From: Candidatus Omnitrophota bacterium
GTDB lineage: Bacteria; Omnitrophota; Omnitrophia; Omnitrophales; Aquincolibacteriaceae
Assembly: GCA_043718225.1 (NCBI GenBank)
Contig: JAYSWD010000022.1
Coordinates: forward strand, 327-64,326
Reading direction: 5' to 3'
Length of the DNA: 64,000 bases
The notes below the pieces were generated by a model, which did not search any database, was not told the origin of the DNA, and saw only the letters and a program-made list of their open reading frames with translations. Position 1 is the first letter of the stretch. Each line of letters begins with the position of its first letter. This document shows, piece after piece, positions 56,329-64,000 of this stretch. The translations under genes and the position numbers were made by a program.

Positions 56329-58284
56329 ATGACTCAGCCGCAAATTGAAGTTCTACTGAACGAAAAACGCGAATTTGTCCCTTCTGAAAAATTTAAATGC
56401 CGGGCGCTTGTGCGGGACGAAAAAATTTTTGAAACCGCCGCGCGCGATTCGGTCGCTTATTGGGAAAACTGGGCCAAAGAATTAACCTGGTTTCAAAAGT
56501 GGAGCCGTCCTTTGCGCTGGAGCCCGCCGCACGCCGAATGGTTTATCGGTGGAAAGATTAATGCCTGTTTTAATTGTGTAGACCGCTTTGTATTCGGCGC
56601 GCCCGGCATCGAACCTCAGAAAAATAAAACCGCGATTATTTGGGAGGGCGAACCCGGCGATACCCGCGCTCTGTCTTACGAAGACCTTTGGCGGGATGTC
56701 ACAAAATTCGCGAATGGGTTGCTCGCGCTTGGCGCAAGGCGCGGCGACCGCGTCGCGATATATATGCCTATGATTCCGGAAGCCGCGGTGGCAATGCTTG
56801 CCTGCGCGCGCATCGGCGCAATTCACAGTGTGGTTTTCGGAGGATTCAGTGCCGAATCTTTACGTGACCGGATTCAAGATCAAAAAGCAAGTTTTGTAAT
56901 TACCGCTGACGGCGGCTGGCGCCGCGGAAAAATAGTGGCGTTGAAAGCGGCGGTTGATGAGGCACTGACCGAAACCCCGACAGTGAAAAAAGTTGTGGTC
57001 TATAAGCGGACGGGCGACACGGTAACGATGCAGCCCAAGCGTGATGTGTGGTGGCATGATGTGGTTGAGGGACAAAGTACGGATTGTTCCGCCGCGTCGA
57101 TGGATTCCGAAGATTTGCTTTTCATTCTTTACACTTCCGGAACCACGGGAAAACCGAAAGGCATTGTGCATACCACCGGCGGTTACATGACCGGAGTTTA
57201 TGCGACCACAAAATGGGTGTTTGATTTAAAACCGGACGATATCTTTTGGTGCACGGCGGATGTGGGCTGGGTTACTGGGCATAGTTATTTAGTTTACGGC
57301 CCGCTTTCAAACGGCGCGACGATTTTGATGTATGAAGGCGCGCCGGATTTTCCCGATCAAGGCCGATTTTGGCAGTTGATTGAAAAGTATAAAGTTTCTA
57401 TTTTTTATACCGCGCCGACAGCCATCCGCGCGTTCATGAAATGGGGCAGCGATATTCCGGCCAAGTTTAATTTGTCATCGCTACGGCTTTTGGGGTCCGT
57501 GGGGGAACCGATTAATCCCGAAGCATGGATGTGGTATCACGAACATATCGGCCGCACAAATTGCCCGATAGTTGATACGTGGTGGCAGACGGAAACCGGT
57601 GCGATCATGATTACCACTTTGCCCGGCGCGATGAAAACCAAACCCGCCGCCGCGGGCAAAGCTTTTCCCGGAATTTCAGCAACAGTTTTGAATGAAGAAG
57701 GCGGTGAAGTTAAAGCAGGCGGCGGATATGCCGCGATTACGCAGCCCTGGCCGTCGATGCTGCGCACGATTTACGGTGACGATGCGCGTTATCGCGAAAC
57801 CTATTGGTCGAAGTGGAATGGTAAAGCTTACTTTGCGGGCGACGGCGCGCATCGTGACGAAGACGGATATTTTTGGTTTATGGGGCGGGTGGATGACGTG
57901 ATGAATGTGGCCGGCCACCGCATCGGCTCAATGGAAGTCGAAAGCGCGCTAGTGGATCATCCTTCTGTTGCGGAATCCGCGGTTGTCGGGAAACCGCATG
58001 ATATTAAAGGCCAGGCATTGGTCGCTTTCGTGACTTTAAAATCCGGTGTTCAAAGCAGCCCTGCGTTGCTTGCGGAATTGCGGGAGCACGTCGCTAAGAA
58101 AATCGGCGCGATCGCGCGTCCGGACGATATTATTTTTACCGCCGATCTTCCCAAAACCCGTTCGGGAAAAATCATGCGGCGGCTTTTACGCGATATCGCC
58201 GAAGGAAAAACCTTGGGTGATACGACGACGCTTGCCGATCCGGCGGTTGTTGCCTCGCTTAAAGAAAAATACAATGAAGAATAA
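56329..58284 (+). CDS. acs: Acetyl-coenzyme A synthetase
   Basis: [18 protein letters not shown] and the [11 protein letters not shown] catalytic-lysine motif. ~651 aa. Confidence 0.95.
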   Translation: MTQPQIEVLLNEKREFVPSEKFKCRALVRDEKIFETAARDSVAYWENWAKELTWFQKWSRPLRWSPPHAEWFIGGKINACFNCVDRFVFGAPGIEPQKNKTAIIWEGEPGDTRALSYEDLWRDVTKFANGLLALGARRGDRVAIYMPMIPEAAVAMLACARIGAIHSVVFGGFSAESLRDRIQDQKASFVITADGGWRRGKIVALKAAVDEALTETPTVKKVVVYKRTGDTVTMQPKRDVWWHDVVEGQSTDCSAASMDSEDLLFILYTSGTTGKPKGIVHTTGGYMTGVYATTKWVFDLKPDDIFWCTADVGWVTGHSYLVYGPLSNGATILMYEGAPDFPDQGRFWQLIEKYKVSIFYTAPTAIRAFMKWGSDIPAKFNLSSLRLLGSVGEPINPEAWMWYHEHIGRTNCPIVDTWWQTETGAIMITTLPGAMKTKPAAAGKAFPGISATVLNEEGGEVKAGGGYAAITQPWPSMLRTIYGDDARYRETYWSKWNGKAYFAGDGAHRDEDGYFWFMGRVDDVMNVAGHRIGSMEVESALVDHPSVAESAVVGKPHDIKGQALVAFVTLKSGVQSSPALLAELREHVAKKIGAIARPDDIIFTADLPKTRSGKIMRRLLRDIAEGKTLGDTTTLADPAVVASLKEKYNEE

Positions 58285-58426
58285 AAACACCGCTGAAAAA
58301 GTTCACCTGCTGCGTTGCAGGCGTCGCTTCTTTGTGCGGCGTATTGCCCCACACGCCTCCGCAGTCGCTTGCTTGCGCCTTGCATCTGAATCTTTTTGAG
58401 CGGGTTTTAAAAAACAGGGAGGCTCG

Positions 58427-59368
58427 GTGCGTTCGAAATTTTATTTAATACAATTTCTATTGGCTTTTGTTTTCTTGCTAACCTCATTGGGATTCGCTAG
58501 TGAAGCGAAAGATCATTTTGATCAGGCGAATGTTTTCCAGTCTTTAGGACAGCGTGAAAATGCGATTGCCGAATATGATAAGGCCATTCAATTAGACCCG
58601 ACTTTTGAAGAAGCTTACATGCGTCGGGGTTTTATCCATCAAGCGATGGGACACATTGAACAAGCCATCCAAGATGGTAAAAAAGCCCTTGAGTTGAATC
58701 CCAAGAATGCCACCGCTTACTACGTTATTTTTTTGGCTTATGCTCGCGTGCCAAACAGCGAGCTTGCAAAGCAGAATTTACTGAAAGCCTATGAGCTTGA
58801 TCCTGAAACGCCGGGAATTCACACCTCTTTAGCTGGTATTCTCGGCGAAGAAGGGAAGTATGAAGAGGCCATTGCGGAAATGTCAAAAGATATTCAATTG
58901 AACCCAAATGATGAAACGCCCTACTTGCTGCGAGGTCAATTCTATTTAAGGGTATCCAATTATGGTGCTGCCATTGCAGATCTATCTAAAGTCATTGATT
59001 TGAATGCACAGAGCGTGAATGCTTATAAGCTGCGTGCCGCCGGTTATGCCGGGCAAAAAAAATTCACCGAAGCATTCGCTGATTACAGCAAGCTCATTCA
59101 ACTGCAACCATCGGCTGAATATTATTCCAATCGTTCATTCGTGGACATCCAATTGGACCAATATCATGAAGCGCTTGCAGATGCAACCAAAGCAATCGAA
59201 ATGGATCCTAGCCGGGGAGATGCGTTTAATAATCGAGCCTTGGCTCGTTATATGCTTAAAAACTTTAAAGGCGCTTTGGATGACGTAGACCAGGCTCTTA
59301 AGCTAGGAGTTCAGCCTAATCCACAATTTATTGCCGCGCTCAAAAAAGATTCTGAACAAGACAATTAA
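58427..59368 (+). CDS. TPR-repeat protein, secreted or membrane-anchored
   Basis: GTG start after gggagg, an N-terminal hydrophobic helix, and about 8 TPR units (AxxxYxxAIxLxP pattern). Confidence 0.75.
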   Translation: MRSKFYLIQFLLAFVFLLTSLGFASEAKDHFDQANVFQSLGQRENAIAEYDKAIQLDPTFEEAYMRRGFIHQAMGHIEQAIQDGKKALELNPKNATAYYVIFLAYARVPNSELAKQNLLKAYELDPETPGIHTSLAGILGEEGKYEEAIAEMSKDIQLNPNDETPYLLRGQFYLRVSNYGAAIADLSKVIDLNAQSVNAYKLRAAGYAGQKKFTEAFADYSKLIQLQPSAEYYSNRSFVDIQLDQYHEALADATKAIEMDPSRGDAFNNRALARYMLKNFKGALDDVDQALKLGVQPNPQFIAALKKDSEQDN

Positions 59369-59388
59369 TTTTAACCTGAATAAAAAAA

Positions 59389-60654
59389 ATGAATAATAAA
59401 AAATTATTTGAAGCGGCAAAAAAAGTCATTCCCGGTGGAGTCAACTCTCCGGTGCGAGCGTTTAAAGCAGTGGGTGGGACGCCGATTTTTATCAAGCGCG
59501 CGAAAGGGCCTTATCTCTACGGTGAAAACGGAAAACGCTATCTTGATTTTGTCGGTTCCTGGGGACCGATGCTTTTTGGGCATGCGCCCAAAGGCCTCAT
59601 CCGAGCTATCTCCAAAAAAATCAAAGGCGGCACAAGTTTCGGGGCTCCCACAAAAGAAGAAACGCAGCTTGCTGAGGCGATCCGCGGGTGCTTTCCTTCA
59701 ATACAAAAGGTTCGCTTGACCAGCTCGGGAACCGAGGCGGTGATGAGCGCGGTACGTCTCGCACGCGGATATACAGGTCGCCCGCGCATTTTGAAAGTAG
59801 ACGGCGGCTACCATGGCCATGTAGACAGCCTTTTGATTCAAGCCGGTTCCGGCGCGGCCACGTTCGGTGTCCCGGACTCAAAAGGAATTCCTTTAAGCCT
59901 TTCGCATTTAAGTTTATCCATTCCATTCAATGATATTACCGCGCTTGAGCGCCTATTTAAAAAAGCTGGAAAAGAAATTGCGGCATTTGTGTTGGAACCG
60001 GTTCCGGGAAATATGGGCACAGTTCTTCCGAATGAAGGCTATTTAAAAGCCGCGCGTGAAATTACAAAAAGGTATGGCGCACTTTTAATTTTTGACGAAG
60101 TCATGACCGGTTTTCGAATCACGGACGGTGGAGCGCAAAAATTTTACGGCGTGAAGCCCGATTTAACCTGTCTCGGGAAAATTGTAGGGGGAGGTATGCC
60201 GCTTGCGGCTTTCGGCGGACGCGCTGAAATTATGAACATGTTGGCACCGCTTGGGCCGGTTTATCAGGCGGGGACTTTGGCGGGCAATCCCGCGGCGGTT
60301 TCAGCCGCGCTATGGATGCTGAATGAAATTAAAACAAAAAAGCCGCATGTTGTGCTGCACCGTCGCTGCGCGGAATTTTATTCGGGCTTGCACCGGTTTA
60401 TCCGCGCGAAGAAATTACCGGTTACTTTGAATCATATCGGCTCGATGTGGACTTTGTTTTTTACAAAAGGACCCGTGACCGATTATGTTTCCGCAAAAAA
60501 ATCAGATACCAAGGCTTTCGCGAAATTTTTCAATCGTTGTTTAGGATCAGTCTATCTGGCTCCAGCACAGTTTGAGGCCAACTTTATTTCCGCCGCGCAT
60601 ACAGACGCTCAACTTAAAAAAGCCTCCCAAGTCATCCAAAAAGCGCTTTCTTGA
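59389..60654 (+). CDS. hemL: Glutamate-1-semialdehyde 2,1-aminomutase
   Basis: IPGGVNSPVRAF, FDEVMTGFR and GKIVGGGMPLAAFGG (PLP lysine). Confidence 0.95.
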   Translation: MNNKKLFEAAKKVIPGGVNSPVRAFKAVGGTPIFIKRAKGPYLYGENGKRYLDFVGSWGPMLFGHAPKGLIRAISKKIKGGTSFGAPTKEETQLAEAIRGCFPSIQKVRLTSSGTEAVMSAVRLARGYTGRPRILKVDGGYHGHVDSLLIQAGSGAATFGVPDSKGIPLSLSHLSLSIPFNDITALERLFKKAGKEIAAFVLEPVPGNMGTVLPNEGYLKAAREITKRYGALLIFDEVMTGFRITDGGAQKFYGVKPDLTCLGKIVGGGMPLAAFGGRAEIMNMLAPLGPVYQAGTLAGNPAAVSAALWMLNEIKTKKPHVVLHRRCAEFYSGLHRFIRAKKLPVTLNHIGSMWTLFFTKGPVTDYVSAKKSDTKAFAKFFNRCLGSVYLAPAQFEANFISAAHTDAQLKKASQVIQKALS

Positions 60655-60770
60655 ACCGGATGTTTTAATTAAATTCATAGAGACGCCGATCTTATAGGGC
60701 ATAATTAAAGTGAATACCGGTAAATCTCAATGCGTCGTATAGGCATATGAAAACTAATTCTCCAGGAGGA

Positions 60771-61496
60771 ATGATGAATAAAAATTTTTGGATTTTGACG
60801 GCGATGGCAGTAGCGATTAATTTTAGCGGTGCGGCAGTCTATGCCGAAGAAAATAAGCAAGCAGACGGAAAGAGGGATCCCGCTTTTCGGTCGGAAAAGA
60901 TGAAGCAAAATCACCCGGAATTGTTTAAGAAAATTGACTCGAACTCAGACGGCACAATTGACAAAACTGAGCATGAAGCGGGAAAAGCCAAGCGCAAAGA
61001 AAATTTCGAAAAACGCATGGAAAATCATCCCGAAGTCAAAGCTAAATTAGATACGGACGGCAACGGAGAAGTTTCCAACGATGAGAAGAAAGCAGGCCGC
61101 GAAAAGATGCGTGAGCATCGTGAGGAAAGACGCGAAGAATTTTTAAAAAATCATCCCGAAGCGAAAGCGAAATTAGATGCCAATAGCGACGGAGAGGTCA
61201 GCAAGGATGAGTTTAAAGCAGGCCGTGAAGCGCGTCATGAAAAAATGATGGAAAAAAATCCCGAGCTTAAGGCCAAGCTGGATGCAGATTCTAACGGAAA
61301 CGTTTCTAAAGAAGAATGGAAAGGCGGCAAAGACGCCCGTAAAGAGTATCGCACAGAAAAGCAGAATAAATTTTTAGAAAACCATCCTGGGGCCAAAGAA
61401 CGCATGGACGCGAACAAGGACGGTAATGTCAACCGCGCAGAGCGTCATGCGGCACGGGAAGAACGTCAAGAAAAACGGCAGGCAAAGCGGGTTTAA
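60771..61496 (+). CDS. Secreted protein with five EF-hand-like calcium-binding repeats
   Basis: The ATG at 60771 follows aggagga. Loops are DSNSDGTIDKTE, DTDGNGEVSNDE, DANSDGEVSKDE, DADSNGNVSKEE and DANKDGNVNRAE, each preceded by NHPExKAKL. Confidence 0.8.
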   Translation: MMNKNFWILTAMAVAINFSGAAVYAEENKQADGKRDPAFRSEKMKQNHPELFKKIDSNSDGTIDKTEHEAGKAKRKENFEKRMENHPEVKAKLDTDGNGEVSNDEKKAGREKMREHREERREEFLKNHPEAKAKLDANSDGEVSKDEFKAGREARHEKMMEKNPELKAKLDADSNGNVSKEEWKGGKDARKEYRTEKQNKFLENHPGAKERMDANKDGNVNRAERHAAREERQEKRQAKRV

Positions 61497-61524
61497 AAAG
61501 TTCGTTTATAATTTAATAAGCTGG

Positions 61525-61560
61525 ACAAACCCCGCAGCAAATGCGGGGTTTGTTGTTTCT
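61525..61560 (+). terminator. Rho-independent terminator
   Basis: ACAAACCCCGCA-gcaaa-TGCGGGGTTTGT followed by TGTTTCT. Confidence 0.7.
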
Positions 61561-61569
61561 GCAAAATGA

Positions 61570-61989
61570 ATGAAGGCGTATATGAAGCAGTTAGTTTTAG
61601 GTTTGACGGCGGTGATGTGTTGCACCGGCGCTTTGTGGGCGCAGGGGCTGGAAGACTTTCAAGATTCAGAAGCTTTTAAGCATTATCTTAAACGCCCTAG
61701 AACGGAGCTTTCTAGGTTAATTTACTTGCTGGATCGTTTCAACGCCCCGGGCATTGAAATTAAGCTGGATGGAAATATTTACACCACTGACAAGGCTTTT
61801 CCTTACAGCAAAGGCTATCTCTCAAAAAACTACAAAAAAGAGCGGGCTGAAGACTGGATTCGCGCGCATTGCTACCGGTCCCGCGAAAAAAACGAGATTC
61901 TCTATATGCGGGTGGGAGAGGAAAGCTTTAAGCCGGTCCGTGATGTTTTAATCGAAGAGCTTGAACGTCTGAGGAGGATTGAAAAATAA
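61570..61989 (+). CDS. Secreted hypothetical protein, paralogue 1 (DUF5329-like, tentative)
   Basis: Signal peptide. SEAFKHYLKRPRTELSRLIYLLDRFNAPGIEIKLDGNIYT...HCYRS aligns along its length with the next gene. Confidence 0.6.
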   Translation: MKAYMKQLVLGLTAVMCCTGALWAQGLEDFQDSEAFKHYLKRPRTELSRLIYLLDRFNAPGIEIKLDGNIYTTDKAFPYSKGYLSKNYKKERAEDWIRAHCYRSREKNEILYMRVGEESFKPVRDVLIEELERLRRIEK

Positions 61990-62039
61990 ATTCGCTTTCG
62001 GTCTTGAATTTTGAAGCGATTTAATATAATTTCTACGCC

Positions 62040-62462
62040 GTGAAAAAGTTTTTTAGTGCCATTTTAGTAATCGGGTTAATCGCGACCAACGCTTACGCGG
62101 GGCTTCCGCCGATCAGCGAGTCCGAAGCCTTTGAACGTTATAAAAAGCGCATCAAAACCGAGCTTTCAAAATTGATTTTTCTGCTCGACCGTTTTAATTC
62201 GCCCGAGATGGAAATTAAAATCGACGGCAACACTTACCGTGCCGAGCAGGCATTTCCGTTCGCGAAAGCTTTTTTAGCCGTTTATTATAAAAAGGAAAAA
62301 GCAGAAGTTTGGATCCAAAAATACTGCTACCGTTCGCCCTTTTCAAACCAAGTTATGCTTGGCTGTATTAAGGACGAAAAATGTGTTCCCGGCCGCGACC
62401 TTTTACTCGAAGAGCTCAAAGCGCTCCGTTTAACCGAGCAAGCCATTAATTCCAAGCTCTGA
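62040..62462 (+). CDS. Secreted hypothetical protein, paralogue 2
   Basis: SEAFERYKKRIKTELSKLIFLLDRFNSPEMEIKIDGNTYR...YCYRS. Tandem duplicate of 61570..61989. Confidence 0.6.
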   Translation: MKKFFSAILVIGLIATNAYAGLPPISESEAFERYKKRIKTELSKLIFLLDRFNSPEMEIKIDGNTYRAEQAFPFAKAFLAVYYKKEKAEVWIQKYCYRSPFSNQVMLGCIKDEKCVPGRDLLLEELKALRLTEQAINSKL

Positions 62463-62685
62463 TCGCACCTTTCGGTTCTGTTCGCCGGGTCTCTCCCATG
62501 TTAAAATCTCAGCTCGCATTTCTTCGGTTTTCTTCGCGAATCGGCGTAGATCGGTGTGGATGCAAGGCATGCGAGCAAAGAACCCGAGGGAAGTTTCATG
62601 AGGCGAGTTATAAATAATCTGCCTGCCGGCAGACGCAAGGAGATATGCCGATGCAGCAGAAAATAGATAAGAATTGCGGGCTAAC

Positions 62686-64000
62686 ATGAATTCCTCTCCA
62701 CCGGTTATCGCAGGCCTTCCGCTTAAAAATATTTCCATTATCAGCTTTGAAAGCCGGCAGTCCGAGATTTTAAAACAAGCCCTTGAAAAGCATGGCGCGG
62801 CGGTTTTTTCGGCGCCTAGTGTCCAGGAAATTGCGTTCGAGCAAAATCCGGAAGCTTTTGCCTTCGCAGAAAAACTTCTTGCGGGAAAAATCGACATAGT
62901 TATTTTGATGACCGGCGTGGGAACGCGCTATTTAATGCAGGTGCTTGAAATGCGCTTTGACAAAATCGCGCTTGTGGCGGCCCTTAAAAAAATCACACTT
63001 TTGGCGCGCGGACCGAAACCGGTCCAGGCTTTGCGGGAATTGGGGTTGGCTTCCTCGATTACGGTCCCTGAACCTAATACCTGGCGCGAAATTCTCGAAG
63101 AGCTTGATCAAAATCCGCGCGGCCTGGATTTGGAAAACCGCACTGTCGCGATTCAGGAGCATGGTGAGGCAAGCGTCGAATTTATCGAGGCCTTAAAAAA
63201 ACGGGGGGCGAGCGTGACGCAAATTCCGGTTTACCGCTGGGCTTTGCCGGACAACCGCGAGCCGCTTGAAACCGGAATCCGTAAAATAATTGACGGCGAA
63301 ATAAAAGTCGCGGTCTTAACCAGCACGATTCAGATCCGGCATGCATTGAAAGTCGCTTCCGAGATGGGGGTTGAAAATGAATTCCGCGAAAAATTCAAAA
63401 ATCTTTTGATCGCCTCAATCGGCCCGACAACTTCCGAAACTTTACAGGAGCTCGGTTTTACTCCCGGATTTGAGCCGTCGCATCCTAAGATGGGAACGCT
63501 CGCGAAGGAACTTGCCGAACAAGCGCCGAAGCTGCTGGCTTTGAGAGCTACGAGCCACGAGCCACGCATCACGGATGAGCCAATTTGTTTAAACGTGGCC
63601 CGTGGCCCGTGGCCCGTGGAACAAAAAGCAGGATGCGCAAATAGTTTATTCCTAAAAGCATGTCGAAAGGAGTCTGTCGAGCGCACGCCTGTTTGGCTGA
63701 TGCGCCAGGCGGGTCGCTATCAAAAATCCTACCGCGAAATCCGGGGGCGATTTTCGTTTCTTGAGCTTTGTAAGAATAAAGAAATGGTCACGCAGGTTAC
63801 GTTGAACGCCGTGGAGGAACTAGGCGTGGACGCGGCGATTATTTTTTCCGACATTTTGGTGATTTTGGAGCCGATGGGTTTCGGATTGGATTATGTGGCG
63901 GGTGACGGCCCGGTCATTAACGCGGAAATTAAAGGCCTGGCATCGATCGAAAAAATTCCTGATTTTGACCCGGAAAGCGAACTGGCTTATGTCATGGACG
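62686..64000 (+). CDS. In-frame uroporphyrinogen-III synthase (HemD) / uroporphyrinogen decarboxylase (HemE) fusion, 3'-truncated by the window edge
   Basis: Absent from the ORF track because it has no stop in the window. I translated 438 codons without a stop. The HemD-like half includes VAVLTSTIQ and LIASIGPTTSETL. From ~63640 the sequence is HemE N-terminal: SLFLKACRKESVERTPVWLMRQAGRY. Confidence 0.75.
   Translation, partial: MNSSPPVIAGLPLKNISIISFESRQSEILKQALEKHGAAVFSAPSVQEIAFEQNPEAFAFAEKLLAGKIDIVILMTGVGTRYLMQVLEMRFDKIALVAALKKITLLARGPKPVQALRELGLASSITVPEPNTWREILEELDQNPRGLDLENRTVAIQEHGEASVEFIEALKKRGASVTQIPVYRWALPDNREPLETGIRKIIDGEIKVAVLTSTIQIRHALKVASEMGVENEFREKFKNLLIASIGPTTSETLQELGFTPGFEPSHPKMGTLAKELAEQAPKLLALRATSHEPRITDEPICLNVARGPWPVEQKAGCANSLFLKACRKESVERTPVWLMRQAGRYQKSYREIRGRFSFLELCKNKEMVTQVTLNAVEELGVDAAIIFSDILVILEPMGFGLDYVAGDGPVINAEIKGLASIEKIPDFDPESELAYVMD
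63550..63619 (+). repeat. Inverted heptamer micro-repeats at the HemD/HemE junction
   Basis: ACGAGCC x2.4 (63550-66) and CGTGGCC x3.7 (63594-619). The arms are near reverse complements (one mismatch per heptamer) around a ~27-nt loop. Confidence 0.85.

Noticed and set aside
58300-58395. A GC-rich stretch after acs that looked like another long imperfect palindrome.
   Set aside because: I could pair only short segments (TGCGG..CGT / ACGCC..CCGCA, TGCAGGCG / CGCCTTGCA) and could not draw a clean continuous stem or match it to the other repeat families.
62430-62897. A 155-aa minus-strand ORF spanning the hemD leader and start.
   Set aside because: It overlaps the well-supported plus-strand HemD-like frame, and part of it is translation of a GC palindrome (PAGRQ-type).

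Overview
This is a bacterial chromosomal window with compact housekeeping operons on both strands and no rRNA, tRNA, CRISPR, transposase or integrase genes. One uninterrupted ORF dominates it (2129..24283, 7,384 aa). Reading its translation gives the following order:
- a signal peptide and an N-terminal globular region;
- about 2.5 kaa of helical sequence with a ~110-aa periodic repeat;
- several internal transmembrane helices and a coiled coil;
- Pro/Ala/Ser/Thr-rich spacers and three and a third 67-aa tandem repeats;
- two peptidoglycan-binding-like modules, a Lys-rich tract, and an M23 (LytM) metallopeptidase core with intact HxxxD and HxH motifs.

The giant gene sits in a 22,536-bp segment bounded by ~50-nt direct repeats. 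These repeats reproduce the whole spacer between the upstream DCC-family gene's stop codon and the downstream S9 peptidase's start codon, so the gene looks like a discrete insertion. Giant cell-wall-targeting ORFs of this kind have been reported from uncultivated Omnitrophota. That fits, but lineage cannot be assigned from this window.

The rest of the window contains:
- an LMF1-like/DCC gene pair;
- a co-directional envelope cluster (S9 peptidase, membrane protein, PEGA protein, GT2 synthase, DsbD-like reductase, redoxin);
- mgtE, a metallophosphoesterase and a GGDEF cyclase;
- an unusual groEL-groES-groEL locus with a CIRCE-like operator;
- coaX-birA-alr-tsaB and a RR-GGDEF-EAL / PAS kinase / RR operon;
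- a DnaQ-GIY-YIG fusion, acs, hemL, an EF-hand repeat protein and tandem small paralogues;
- an in-frame hemD-hemE fusion that runs off the 3' edge and is absent from the ORF track.

A family of GC-rich nested-hairpin (REP/MITE-like) elements recurs at least three times. One copy supplies the C-terminus of the birA reading frame.
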